DNA from: Actinobacteria bacterium UBA7524
GTDB taxonomy: Bacteria > Actinomycetota > Coriobacteriia > Anaerosomatales > UBA912
DNA length: 35,104 nucleotides
Assembly (NCBI GenBank): GCA_002478275.1
Contig: DLMY01000053.1
Coordinates: 90,347 to 125,450 of the forward strand
Direction: 5' to 3'
Shown: piece by piece, positions 9,426-21,568 of the stretch
Numbering within the stretch: position 1 is the stretch's first letter
Layout of the letters: the number at the start of each line of letters is the position of its first letter
Position numbers and translations under genes: made by a program
The notes under the pieces: generated by a model
Told to the model about the DNA's origin: nothing
Seen by the model: only the letters and a program-made list of their open reading frames with translations
The model's database searches: none

Positions 9426-11723
9426 ATGAGAAGAATGCTCTCCCTTGCGCTTGTCCTGGCGCTGGTGCTCCCCGTCGGAACGTTCGTGCGTCCCGAGCAG
9501 GCGGCGGCCGACTATCAGCCTCCCGACATCAAAGTGGCGGTCGTGCGCTCCCAGGCCTCGCAGGACTGGGTGGACAAGTACAAGCGCGGTTACGGGATCT
9601 TGCTCAAGCAAGGCAAGGTCTACGACTGGCTGACGTCCAAGGGCTGGAAGGTCGAGTACATCAACGACGCCGACCTTGAGAACATCAACAAGCTCAAGCA
9701 GTACGACGCGGTCGTGTGCATGTGGGTCTTCGCGATGTCGCCTGCCGCCTCGCGTACCGTTACCCGGTACGTCGCCGAAGGTGGGGGACTTGTGACGCTC
9801 TACGCTTCGTCGCGCGTGGCGCCCGGTGTCGGCGGTAATGAGAGAGACGACCACTGGGTGTACATCATGAATCACCAGGGATGGGAGTGGGGGCCGCTGT
9901 CCGAGGTGAACCAGACGTACTTCATCGACGACGTGGGTGCGATGAAGTTCAGGGCCAATCCGGTGTGGGGGCATCCGATCGTGACCGGTGCAGCGGGGAT
10001 ACTCTCCGCGCGAGGGCACAACAACGGTGACATGACGCTGTATCGCGACCAGAACCCGGGCGCCTGGGTGGAGTTGCCCAAGATGTTGTCGGGCAACACC
10101 AACACGTCGCAGTTCATGACGATGACGCAACTGTCCACACCCACGGGTTCGAAGTCATATCCGGGCACGCATCCGGGGGCTGTGGCCTCCACATACCTCG
10201 GTGGGCGGATGGCGTACTTCTACTTCTCGCCGACCGACATGTTACCCAACTTCAACCAGGACGGTAGCGCGGACAGGGTGCTGTCGACGGGCGTGAAGCA
10301 GGGCGAGGTCTCGGCAGCCTACATCGAGGCCGCTATCGGATGGGCGGCCGGCAGCGGAGGGCGACCCGGGGTGCTGGTCCGCGACGGCAGGACGAACGCG
10401 ACACTCAACGTCTATCAGGACGGCATCTACGCATCCCAGTACGTCACGAACCGCGGGAACGTGAGCGTGACCGGGAATCTCCACTTCCGGGTGTTCTCGC
10501 CGAGTGGCGCGAAGGTCCGGGAGGTCGTGCTCTACAAGATCGGGACCGAGCCGGGCGAGACGAACCGCTACTCGCACCAGTACGTGGTGTCGCGCCTGGA
10601 GCCAGGCACGTATCGGGTGGAGGTCGAGTACCACACGACCTATCCGCTGTACGAGCGTCGGTACGTGGAGACGGCGTACGTCTACCGTGGCCAGGGCACG
10701 AACATCCCGACCGTTTTCGACCGGCAGAGGACGAACGGCCAGGTCGTCTACGACCCTCGCGTGGTCCGTCACGCGGGAGACAACCGCTACCGGACCGCTC
10801 TGGCTATCGCTGATGCTGCGGGAGGGTATCCTCGGCAGAATGGGTATGTGGTCGTGGCGAGCGGCGAGGGTGGAGCTGACGCGCTCGTTGCATCGGGAGT
10901 GGCCGGGGCGTACGATGCGCCGCTGGTGTTGACGCGCCAGGACCTGTTGCCCGCGGTGGTCGAGTCCTGGATGACGAACAAGGCCCGGGGCTTCAGTCAG
11001 GTGATCATCGTGGGTGGGGAGGCGGCTGTCTCCTCGGCGGTCGAAGGAAGGCTCAGGACGCTGTTCGGGCAGGGCAACGTCAAGAGGCTTGCCGGCGATG
11101 ACCGCTACGGGACTTCGGCGGCGGTCGCCCGCGACATGAAAGAGCAGCTGGGCCGGAGCTATGACGGCGGCATGGTCGTCGCCAACGGTCGCGCGCTGGT
11201 GGATGCTGCAGCGGCGAGTGCGATAGCCGCGGGCCGCAAGTGGCCGATCATCTACGTGCGCTCGAACAGCGTGCCTGCTGAGCCCGGTGCCGCTGTCTCC
11301 GAGATCACGAGCGACACGACCGCTCCTTTGCGCGCCTGGATCGCCGGAGGTACCGCGGTGGTCGGGACCGGCGTCGAGACCGAACTCAAGGCCTTGCAGC
11401 CGCGGCTGACGATCTCACGGGCAGCGGGTGCGGACCGCTATGACACCGCCGCGAAGCTCTCCGATCTCGCATCCGCGTCGGGGTCATCGTGGAACACGGT
11501 CGGCATGGCGTCCGGAGTGAGTCTGGCCGATGCGTTGTGCCTCGGCTCGCTCGTGGGCCGTGCGAACGGACCGATGCTCCTGACCAACGGGGCGAGCATG
11601 ACGGTGCCTACCGAGAATCGCATCAAGAACAACAAGTCGCAGATCCGCACCGTGGCGGTGGGTGGCGGGGTGGCCGTCGTCAGGCATGACGTGACGGCGA
11701 GGATATCGTCGCTGTTGCCGTAG
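9426..11723 (+). CDS. Secreted CWB2-repeat surface protein with uncharacterised N-terminal domains
   Basis: Signal peptide MRRMLSLALVLALVL..AAA; three repeats (AGDNRYRT, AGDDRYGT, AGADRYDT) with DAL and PLVLT/PIIYV/PMLLT. Confidence 0.85.
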   Translation: MRRMLSLALVLALVLPVGTFVRPEQAAADYQPPDIKVAVVRSQASQDWVDKYKRGYGILLKQGKVYDWLTSKGWKVEYINDADLENINKLKQYDAVVCMWVFAMSPAASRTVTRYVAEGGGLVTLYASSRVAPGVGGNERDDHWVYIMNHQGWEWGPLSEVNQTYFIDDVGAMKFRANPVWGHPIVTGAAGILSARGHNNGDMTLYRDQNPGAWVELPKMLSGNTNTSQFMTMTQLSTPTGSKSYPGTHPGAVASTYLGGRMAYFYFSPTDMLPNFNQDGSADRVLSTGVKQGEVSAAYIEAAIGWAAGSGGRPGVLVRDGRTNATLNVYQDGIYASQYVTNRGNVSVTGNLHFRVFSPSGAKVREVVLYKIGTEPGETNRYSHQYVVSRLEPGTYRVEVEYHTTYPLYERRYVETAYVYRGQGTNIPTVFDRQRTNGQVVYDPRVVRHAGDNRYRTALAIADAAGGYPRQNGYVVVASGEGGADALVASGVAGAYDAPLVLTRQDLLPAVVESWMTNKARGFSQVIIVGGEAAVSSAVEGRLRTLFGQGNVKRLAGDDRYGTSAAVARDMKEQLGRSYDGGMVVANGRALVDAAAASAIAAGRKWPIIYVRSNSVPAEPGAAVSEITSDTTAPLRAWIAGGTAVVGTGVETELKALQPRLTISRAAGADRYDTAAKLSDLASASGSSWNTVGMASGVSLADALCLGSLVGRANGPMLLTNGASMTVPTENRIKNNKSQIRTVAVGGGVAVVRHDVTARISSLLP

Positions 11724-11772
11724 CGGGGGCCGGCGAGGTCTGGGATCGGCCGGACCGCTTGCCCGGTGTACC

Positions 11773-11822
11773 GTGACGGCTCGGTGACGCCCGTTCGCGT
11801 TGTCACCCGCACCCGTTATACT
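11773..11822 (+). promoter_or_regulatory. Putative activator-dependent promoter: GTGAC-GGCTCG-GTGAC repeat, 28 nt, then -10 TATACT
   Basis: Good -10 hexamer; same architecture as 2030-2079. Confidence 0.55.
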
Positions 11823-11925
11823 TGCTTAGTCCGCGCATCCCTGGCGACCCGTGCTTCGTGCTCGAAGGCCGTCGCTCGGGTGTGCGCGCCGGACGGTTCG
11901 CCAAGCCCGTCACGCAGGAGGCCAC

Positions 11926-12423
11926 GTGAAGCTGCTCGATGACCGTAAGCGATTGTTCGGAATCATCAACCCCGTCGACTTGGTTGCGATCGCGCTCGCC
12001 GTGGTCGCCGTCCTGGTGTTGGCGAGCGTGTTGTTCGGCCGCTCACCCACGGCTCCGGTCGCGCCCTCGAGCGACAACACGGTCGAGGTGGTGCTCACCG
12101 GCACCGTCATGGAATTCGATGAGCTGCAGTTCGAGGTCGGCCAGGAGGTCAGCAGGGTCGGAGGCGGCGGTGTCATGGGGACGCTCGAGTCCTTCGACGT
12201 CAGGCCCGCCGAGCGCGAGGTCTACTCCGATGAAGGCACGGCCAGTGTCACGGAGAGCCTCATGTCCTTCGAGATCCGCATGGTGGTTCGCGGTAAGGGC
12301 GCGATCACGCAGACCGGTGCCAGCATCGGCGCGGAGCGCATCAGGCAGAACCAGGCGTTCGATGCGCAGTTGCCCTACTTCCAGATGCCCGTGCGAGTGG
12401 TATCGGTCAAGCAGGTCGACTGA
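11926..12423 (+). CDS. DUF4330 family membrane-anchored protein
   Basis: MKLLDDRKRLFGIINPVDL N-terminal signature then TM helix; GTG start after AGGAGG. Confidence 0.78.
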   Translation: MKLLDDRKRLFGIINPVDLVAIALAVVAVLVLASVLFGRSPTAPVAPSSDNTVEVVLTGTVMEFDELQFEVGQEVSRVGGGGVMGTLESFDVRPAEREVYSDEGTASVTESLMSFEIRMVVRGKGAITQTGASIGAERIRQNQAFDAQLPYFQMPVRVVSVKQVD

Positions 12424-13901
12424 TGCTCGAGCGCCTCACATGCGCTGGCTGGCGCGGCTGGCTGGCGCTCGCCGGGCTGGTCTTCGTGCTGGTGCTCGTC
12501 CCGCTCTCGCCGGGTCGGGACGCCGGAGCCCAGTTGCCGCTCGACACGATCGTGCTCTCCATACCCATCGCGGTCCTGTTGTGCGTCCCCCTTCTGACCC
12601 GTTCGGGCCGCCTCGCACTGCCACGTGTCGGTGTCGAGCTGCCCGCTCTGGCATTCCTCGGCTGGGCACTCATCAGCGCGGCGCTGACGGGTACGCAACC
12701 CAGCGTACTCGCCACATGGGCGCGTTATGCATCCTACGTCTTGCTGATCTACGCCGTCGCCGCAGTCGCGGTCGACCCGCTTCGCCGGCGGCTCGCGATG
12801 TGGCTCATGACGCTTGCCGGGTCGGCGACGGTCGCTCACGGGTTCTGGCAGTACGTCAACCCTACGACCTACATCGGTATGGAGGGCCTGGACACGAGCG
12901 TGGCCACCCGGGTCTTCGCCAGTTTCGACAACCCGAACTTCTACGCCGAGTACCTGGTGCTGCTATGTGCGGTCACACTCGCGCTCGTGTTCGCGGAGAG
13001 GGGCCCGGTGCGCTACGTCGCCGTGTTCCTGCTTGCTGCTCAGGCGATGGCGTTGCTGCTCACCTATACCCGCGGCAGCTGGCTTGCGCTCGCGCTCGGT
13101 CTCGCGATCGGCGTCATGATGATCGACGCACGGTTGATATGGCCGTTCGCGTTGGGCGGCGGCGTGCTGTTGCCCTTCGTACCAGGCGCTGCGGCCAGGC
13201 TCGCTTCCGTGTTCTCGCTCGAGGGGACGGCGAGCTTCCGGCTGATGCTGTGGCGCGTCGCCGGTACGGCGATCGCCGAGCGGCCGGTGTTCGGCGTGGG
13301 GCTGGGACGCTTCTATGACGCGTTCACCGATGCGGTACTCTCCAACCCTCAGCTGAACATAGGGTTTCTGTTCTACGGCGCGCACCAGTCCTACTTCCAG
13401 CTGGCCGCCGAGACCGGTGTCGTGGGGGCGCTCGCGTTCGTGTGGATGGTGTTCGAGGCGTGCCGCATGGGCGGTTTCTACAACGCACGGATGCACGAGG
13501 ACCTCACGGCGCGACTGACCAACGCGGCGCTGACGGCCGGACTCATCGCGTTCGCCGTCAACGCACTCACGAGCAACGCATTCCAGCATCCGCGCGGCGC
13601 CGTGTTCTTCTTCGTGGTAGCGGGGCTGCAGGCGGGTCTTGGTGCTCGCTTCTGGAGCGAGCCTGCAGCGGAGCGGGCTTCAGACCGGCAACCTCTTACC
13701 GCTGGTGTGTGGGCAAGCTCCGTGCCCGGCCGCTTGTACGCCGCAATCGAGAGCGTCGGAGGTTCGTGGTGGCGGGCGAGCGCGACGCGGCGCCTGCTCA
13801 TGCGCGAACCTGAAGGGGGAGGACACCTGCTGGCGGAGAGCTTCCTGGCGCGCGTGCTTGTAGGCGAGGGCGAGGAGCCGGTCGGGTGCGCATCCTCCTG
13901 A
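12423..13901 (+). CDS. O-antigen ligase/polymerase (Wzy_C, IctB-like) family membrane protein
   Basis: Multi-TM; FDNPNFYAEYL, TYTRGSW, RLMLW..RPVFGVG, AHQSYFQLAAETG. Confidence 0.88.
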   Translation: MLERLTCAGWRGWLALAGLVFVLVLVPLSPGRDAGAQLPLDTIVLSIPIAVLLCVPLLTRSGRLALPRVGVELPALAFLGWALISAALTGTQPSVLATWARYASYVLLIYAVAAVAVDPLRRRLAMWLMTLAGSATVAHGFWQYVNPTTYIGMEGLDTSVATRVFASFDNPNFYAEYLVLLCAVTLALVFAERGPVRYVAVFLLAAQAMALLLTYTRGSWLALALGLAIGVMMIDARLIWPFALGGGVLLPFVPGAAARLASVFSLEGTASFRLMLWRVAGTAIAERPVFGVGLGRFYDAFTDAVLSNPQLNIGFLFYGAHQSYFQLAAETGVVGALAFVWMVFEACRMGGFYNARMHEDLTARLTNAALTAGLIAFAVNALTSNAFQHPRGAVFFFVVAGLQAGLGARFWSEPAAERASDRQPLTAGVWASSVPGRLYAAIESVGGSWWRASATRRLLMREPEGGGHLLAESFLARVLVGEGEEPVGCASS

Positions 13902-15010
13902 TCTCCAACATGTGGCCGTCTGCGGCCGATCCTGTCTTCGGGGTGTTCGTTGCCCGGCAGGCCGAGGCCCTGCGGGCAGCGGGCGCCGAGGTCACCGTGG
14001 TCGCGAACAGCGATTCACGCACCGGCGTCCTCGCGGCGCTACCCAAGTACGCGTGGCTGGCGCTGCGCGCGTGGTGGCTCGCGAGGCAGCGCGAGTACGA
14101 CGTCGTGGTCGGCCACTACCTGTATCCGACCGCCGCCATCTCGTCGATGGCCGCTCGCCGCGCAGGTGTGCCGCTCGTGCTCGTGACGCACGGCACCGAC
14201 ACCCGGTCGGTCATGCGCACCGACCGCTTCGCACGCGCCGGTCGCAAGGCGATGAACGAGGCCACACTGGTCGTGGCGGTCTCCAATGCCCTCGAGCGCG
14301 TCGTGCGAGACGAACTCGAACTGCCCGCGTCCGTCCCCACGGCCGTGATCAACATGGGAGTCGACGTATCTGCGTTCGGTCCCGATCCCGAGGCTCGCAC
14401 GAGACTCGGTCTGACCGCCGAGGAGCGCATCGTCCTGTTCGCAGGTACGCTCTCCGAAGGCAAGGGCGTCGACGTCCTGCTCGAGGCGTTCCTGCGTGCA
14501 CATCCGCGCGTCGGCGGGCAGTGCGGCCTCGTACTGGTCGGAGCCGGACCTGCCGAGGAGACCCTGCGTGAGCGGTTGCGTGCGCTCGACCTGACGTCCA
14601 CGCCCGAAAGCGCATCCCCCGAGGCGCTCGCCTCGCGCAACGTCCTGCTCGCCGGCACGCTGAGGGCAAGTGAGCTCTCGGCCTGGATGGCCGCAGCCGA
14701 CGTATTCGTGCTGCCCAGCCGCAACGAGGGTCTGGGACTCGTCTTACTCGAAGCGATGGCGTGCGGCACGCCGTGCGTCGGTACCCGTGTGGGCGGCATA
14801 CCGGAGGTGCTCGACGAGCCTGCATGCGGGCGGCTCGTGCCGCCCGATGACGCCGGCGCGCTTGCAGCAGCGATCATCGAGGTGCTGTCTGCGGGTAAGG
14901 ACTCCTACACAGACGCGTGCATCGCACAGGCAGCGAAGCACAGTGTCGGCGCCAAGGCCGAGGAACTCCTCGGCAGGCTTGAGGAGGTGGCGGTGAGTGA
15001 GCAACCCTAA
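13886..15010 (+). CDS. Glycosyltransferase family 4
   Basis: MRILLISNMWP, THGTD, KGVDVL, FVLPSRNEGLGLVLLEAMACG (EX7E). Confidence 0.92.
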   Translation: MRILLISNMWPSAADPVFGVFVARQAEALRAAGAEVTVVANSDSRTGVLAALPKYAWLALRAWWLARQREYDVVVGHYLYPTAAISSMAARRAGVPLVLVTHGTDTRSVMRTDRFARAGRKAMNEATLVVAVSNALERVVRDELELPASVPTAVINMGVDVSAFGPDPEARTRLGLTAEERIVLFAGTLSEGKGVDVLLEAFLRAHPRVGGQCGLVLVGAGPAEETLRERLRALDLTSTPESASPEALASRNVLLAGTLRASELSAWMAAADVFVLPSRNEGLGLVLLEAMACGTPCVGTRVGGIPEVLDEPACGRLVPPDDAGALAAAIIEVLSAGKDSYTDACIAQAAKHSVGAKAEELLGRLEEVAVSEQP

Positions 15011-15833
15011 GGCCGAATCGATGGCCCGCTACGCGGCGGCGATGGTCGCGGCGGACGCGTTGCTGGAGCGCAGTGAGGGGGTCGAGCCCAAGGCGCTGGT
15101 CGTGTTGGGCAGTGGTCTGGACGCCGTGATCGGTGAGACCCGGGTCGCCGCGTCGATACCGTTCGAAGACGTCCCCGGGTTCCCGCCACCGACCGTGGAA
15201 GGTCACGCGGGGCGGTTCGTGTTCGGCCACGCCGGAACCACGCCCGTACTCATCATGCAGGGCCGCATCCACCTCTACGAAGGTCATCCGGTCGAGAGAC
15301 TCGCGCTCTACGTGCGCGCCGCGCGGCTGCTGGGGGCCGATACACTGGTGGTCACCAACGCCGCCGGAGGGGTGTCGCCCGAGCTGGCGCCGGGAGACGT
15401 CGTCGTGCTTTCCGACCACATCAACCTCATGTTCACCAACCCGCTGCTCGGACCCAACGTCGACGAGTTCGGCCCCAGGTTCCCGGGAATGGTCGATATC
15501 TACACCCCTGAGCTGCGCGAACTGGCCGCAAGGGTAGCGGCCGAGCTCGGCATCGAGGTGCGCGAAGGTGTGTACGCGGGACTGAGCGGACCGACGTTCG
15601 AGACGCCGGCCGAGGTACGGATGCTGCGCACGCTCGGCGCTGATGTCGTCGGGATGTCCACCGTACCTGAGGTCATCACGGCCGCTCACGCGGGCATGCG
15701 CGTGCTGGGGCTCTCGCTGGTCACGAACGTCGCCGCAGGGAGCGGTCACGGGCACGAAGAGGTACTCGCCACCTCGGCCGAGCGCGCACCCGTCATGGCG
15801 GGCCTCGTGGCTGGTATACTTACGCGTCTGTAG
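14997..15833 (+). CDS. Purine-nucleoside phosphorylase (trimeric PNP family)
   Basis: VLGSGL, GHAG, QGRIHLYEG, TNAAGG, GPTFETPAE, VGMSTVPE, LVTN. Confidence 0.92.
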   Translation: MSNPKAESMARYAAAMVAADALLERSEGVEPKALVVLGSGLDAVIGETRVAASIPFEDVPGFPPPTVEGHAGRFVFGHAGTTPVLIMQGRIHLYEGHPVERLALYVRAARLLGADTLVVTNAAGGVSPELAPGDVVVLSDHINLMFTNPLLGPNVDEFGPRFPGMVDIYTPELRELAARVAAELGIEVREGVYAGLSGPTFETPAEVRMLRTLGADVVGMSTVPEVITAAHAGMRVLGLSLVTNVAAGSGHGHEEVLATSAERAPVMAGLVAGILTRL

Positions 15834-15905
15834 CGCAGAGAAACCCGAACGGTCGCCGCGGTCTTGCCGCGGTCGCCGACCCGACCCGACCCGTACGCAC
15901 GCTGA

Positions 15906-17328
<1,423 letters not shown>

Positions 17329-17330
17329 CG

Positions 17331-18566
<1,236 letters not shown>

Positions 18567-18569
18567 CGT

Positions 18570-19487
18570 ATGGAAGCGCTGGCGCTTGCCGAGATCATCC
18601 TCGGCTTCATGGCACTGGTCGCGGTCGGTGCGGTGCTGCGTCATTTCGGCGTGCTCTCGCGCGAAGACACACGCCCCATCAACGCGATCATCATCTACGC
18701 CGGTCTGCCCGCGCTCATCTTCCGCGCCGTTCACGGGGCGGAGCTGGGGCCAGACCTGGCGCTTGTCGCCGGTGTCGCGTGGATCGTGTTCGCAGCGAGC
18801 GCTGCGGCCGCGTGGCTCCTCGCGCGCCTGCTGCGCCTGTCGCCGGCGACGACCGGGGCGTTCATCCTGGCCGCCTCGCTCGGCAACACCGGATATCTCG
18901 GCTACCCGGTCTCGCTCGCGGTTCTTGGCGACGAGGGCCTCGTGCGCGCGATCTTCTACGACGTCTTCGGCACCGTCGGCGCCCTGCTGCTTGTCGGGCT
19001 TCTCATCGCAGAGCGTTTCGGACACGCCGAGGAGACCCCTATCAACCTTGTGCGCGAAGTGCTGAAGTTTCCGGCCGTCGGCGCGCTCGCAATCGGACTC
19101 GCCCTGCGTGGCGTGCGGATTTCGGGACCGTTAAGTGATGGGATAGACGCGCTTGCCACACTGGTGGTGCCGCTGATCATGATCTCGGTGGGGCTGTCGC
19201 TGAAGCGGGGTAGCGTGCGCAGCAACGCAGTGCCGCTGCTCGCGCTCGGCGCGGTGAAGCTCGCGCTCGCGCCGCTCGTGGCGCTGGGGGCGGGCTCGGC
19301 GATACTCGCGGATCCTGAGGCGGTCCGGCTGGTGGTGCTCGAGGCCGGGATGCCGTCGATGATGCTCGCGTTGGTGATCGGGGCGCGCTTCAGGCTCGAC
19401 ACGGGCTTCATCGCAGCGGCCATTCTGCTCACGACCGCAGCGTCCGCGGTGACGGTGCCGCTCGCCCTGGGGCTCCTCGGCGGGTAA
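18570..19487 (+). CDS. AEC (auxin efflux carrier) family transporter
   Basis: About 10 TM; LPALIF, GNTGYLGYP, KL.LAP, EAGMP. Confidence 0.88.
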   Translation: MEALALAEIILGFMALVAVGAVLRHFGVLSREDTRPINAIIIYAGLPALIFRAVHGAELGPDLALVAGVAWIVFAASAAAAWLLARLLRLSPATTGAFILAASLGNTGYLGYPVSLAVLGDEGLVRAIFYDVFGTVGALLLVGLLIAERFGHAEETPINLVREVLKFPAVGALAIGLALRGVRISGPLSDGIDALATLVVPLIMISVGLSLKRGSVRSNAVPLLALGAVKLALAPLVALGAGSAILADPEAVRLVVLEAGMPSMMLALVIGARFRLDTGFIAAAILLTTAASAVTVPLALGLLGG

Positions 19488-19511
19488 GCGGGGGAGGCTT
19501 AGGAGGGGCTG

Positions 19512-20186
19512 GTGCTGCTCGAGACGCTGCTCGAGCTGGTGCACCCGACACGGTGCGCAGGTTGTGACCTGCCCGGCGGCCTGGTGTGCGACCGGTGTGC
19601 GGACGCGGTCCCCGTGGTCGAGCGCGCGTGGGCGTGCGAGCGCTGCGGGGCGCCTTTCGGGTCGATCAACTGCACCGAGTGCTGGGACATCGAGTTCGCA
19701 TTCGCGGCGGCCAGATGCGTGGGCGTGCTCGACAGGCCGCTGTCGCGCATGGTGACGCTGTACAAGGACGGCGGGGAGCGCCGGCTGGCCGGGCCGCTCG
19801 CCTCGATGCTCGCGGACGCCCTCGGGCCGTGGGCCGGTTGGGCGCAGGCGCTCACGTGGGTACCTGCGTCGCGCCGCGGCCTGAACAAGCGCGGGTTCGA
19901 CCACGTCGGCCTGTTCGCGCAGCAGGTCGCCCAGCGTCTCGGCCTGCCCGTCGTCGAGGGGCTGGCGGTGTCGAGCGTAGGCGACCAGCGCAGGCTGGGC
20001 CGTCTGGAGCGCAGGCAGCGCGCCGTGACCGCGATCACGGCCGTACCCGGTGCCCGCTTCCCGCCGCACGTGCTGCTGCTCGACGACGTGCTCACCACCT
20101 GCGCCACCGCTGAGGCCGCGAGCGCAGCGATACTCGCGTCCGGCGCGGTGGAGGTGCGGGTCGGAGCGATAGCCCGCGCGTGGTAG
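19512..20186 (+). CDS. comF: ComF family protein (double zinc ribbon plus PRTase domain)
   Basis: CAGC, CDRC, CERC, CTEC; WVP..RGFDH; LLLDDVLTT; RBS AGGAGG. Confidence 0.88.
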   Translation: MLLETLLELVHPTRCAGCDLPGGLVCDRCADAVPVVERAWACERCGAPFGSINCTECWDIEFAFAAARCVGVLDRPLSRMVTLYKDGGERRLAGPLASMLADALGPWAGWAQALTWVPASRRGLNKRGFDHVGLFAQQVAQRLGLPVVEGLAVSSVGDQRRLGRLERRQRAVTAITAVPGARFPPHVLLLDDVLTTCATAEAASAAILASGAVEVRVGAIARAW

Positions 20187-20214
20187 CCGGAGCCATCGCT
20201 GACGCGTGGTGGCG

Positions 20215-20223
20215 TGGTAGAAT
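20215..20223 (+). promoter_or_regulatory. Extended -10 promoter (TG-G-TAGAAT) for the raiA-motif RNA
   Basis: TGGTAGAAT lies a few nt upstream of the RNA closing stem. Confidence 0.6.
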
Positions 20224-20226
20224 CGT

Positions 20227-20482
20227 CGGTGCTTTCACTCGGGTCTGTGGTTGCGGGCGCTGCGGCGCCTCAGTCCATGGTAGACGCGGCCGAAAGGACC
20301 CACGTAAGCCGGCGGCATCGCCGTCGCGCGAGCATGGCGCGTCTTAGGGGTAAGTCGTACCGTCCGATGAAGGTCGCATCCCGCGGCCTCGGGCGAGAGG
20401 GCCTTCAGTGAGATCGCATCAAGCGAAAGCCCCGGTATGCGAGTGTGGGGCCAAAGACCAGGTCAGCCGGGTGAAAGCACCG
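20227..20482 (+). ncRNA. raiA motif RNA (large structured ncRNA)
   Basis: 16-bp closing stem CGGTGCTTTCACTCGG/CCGGGTGAAAGCACCG (one G-U); recognised conserved blocks TGTGGTTG, CCACGTAAG, GAGCATGG, TTAG..GTAAGTC, GGCGAGAG, AGTGAGA, AGCGAAA, GCGAGTGTGGGG.CAAAGACCAGGTCA; typical comF...hpf context. Confidence 0.9.
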
Positions 20483-20553
20483 GTTCAGACGATAGGCCGA
20501 GGCTCCGGGTGCCCGAGCCCGGACCCGGCCGCATGGCAGCGGAAGGACGTAGC

Positions 20554-21465
20554 GTGCGCATTTCACAGAGGACGACCACGTTGCTCGTGACGGCATCGCT
20601 CGTAGCCGTCGCACTACTTCCCGGGTGTTCCAGGCCCACCGCCGAGGAACCCGCCCTCGACCCGAAGGTCTCGCCACCTGCCATCGCCGAAGCAGGAGTG
20701 CTCAAAGCGGGCGTCGACCTGGAGTATCCGCCGTTCGCCGGCACCGACAAGGACGTGGAGGCGGGGATCGACGTAGACATCGCCTCCGCGCTGGCTTCGG
20801 CGCTCGGGCTGAAGCTCGAACTCGTGCAGGTCACGCCGAGTGAAGCGGCCGCCGCGCTGGGCGACGGTCGTGTCGACATCGTTCTGTCCGTGCCGCTCGA
20901 CACCGAGACGCTCCTCGAAGCGGCGCTCGCAGGGACCTACCTGACCGAAGGCCCCGGCTTCTTCGTGTTCGACGAGAGCCGGTCGACCACGGAAGCCCCG
21001 TCGACAGGCATGCTCAACGCGACCAGCTTCGCAGGCAAGCGCATCGGCGCGCAGGAGGGCTCGCCCTCGTTCTGGGCGCTCCAGTACGAACTGGGTGACG
21101 ATGCGGTCACGCCGTTTCCGACGTTGCGCGCCGCGCTCGAGGCGCTGGCGGCCGGTGAGGTCGACGTGGTCGTCGGCAGTACGTCGGTCGCGTCGTACAT
21201 CGCGCGTGACATCCCGGGTGTGGTCTACGAGGGCCAGTTCGGCCCTGCGACCGCACTCGGTGTGGCCGTGGCGCCCGGCAACGACGGGTTGCAGACAGCT
21301 GTCCGCGACGCTCTCGACCAGATGGCGACCTCCGGCGTGTTCGATACCATTCGCAGTACGTGGCTGGGCGCGATGCCCGCACTCGAGCTGCCCATGGACT
21401 CTGAAGGGTCCGCAGTGGGCACATCGGCCCCTGATGCCGAGTCGGATACACCCGCCGGGGAGTGA
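20554..21465 (+). CDS. Family 3 (polar amino acid) ABC substrate-binding lipoprotein, divergent
   Basis: Lipobox LLPGC; LKAGVDLEYPPF, GIDVDIA, KRIGAQEGS, GVFDTIRSTWLG; GTG 20554 after GGAAGGA. Confidence 0.85.
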   Translation: MRISQRTTTLLVTASLVAVALLPGCSRPTAEEPALDPKVSPPAIAEAGVLKAGVDLEYPPFAGTDKDVEAGIDVDIASALASALGLKLELVQVTPSEAAAALGDGRVDIVLSVPLDTETLLEAALAGTYLTEGPGFFVFDESRSTTEAPSTGMLNATSFAGKRIGAQEGSPSFWALQYELGDDAVTPFPTLRAALEALAAGEVDVVVGSTSVASYIARDIPGVVYEGQFGPATALGVAVAPGNDGLQTAVRDALDQMATSGVFDTIRSTWLGAMPALELPMDSEGSAVGTSAPDAESDTPAGE

Positions 21466-21568
21466 CGCCGATTTCTCATCCGCGGCGACGTTGGTGTATC
21501 GTTGCCAGGACGGATACGTGGAAAGGCGCGCAGATTCCCGCGCGCTGAAACGTACAAGGAGGAGCTGC

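Noticed and set aside
20214..20590. Short ORFs and the N-terminal extension of the 20437 ORF
   Set aside because: They overlap the raiA RNA; the SBP has a good RBS and signal peptide from GTG 20554
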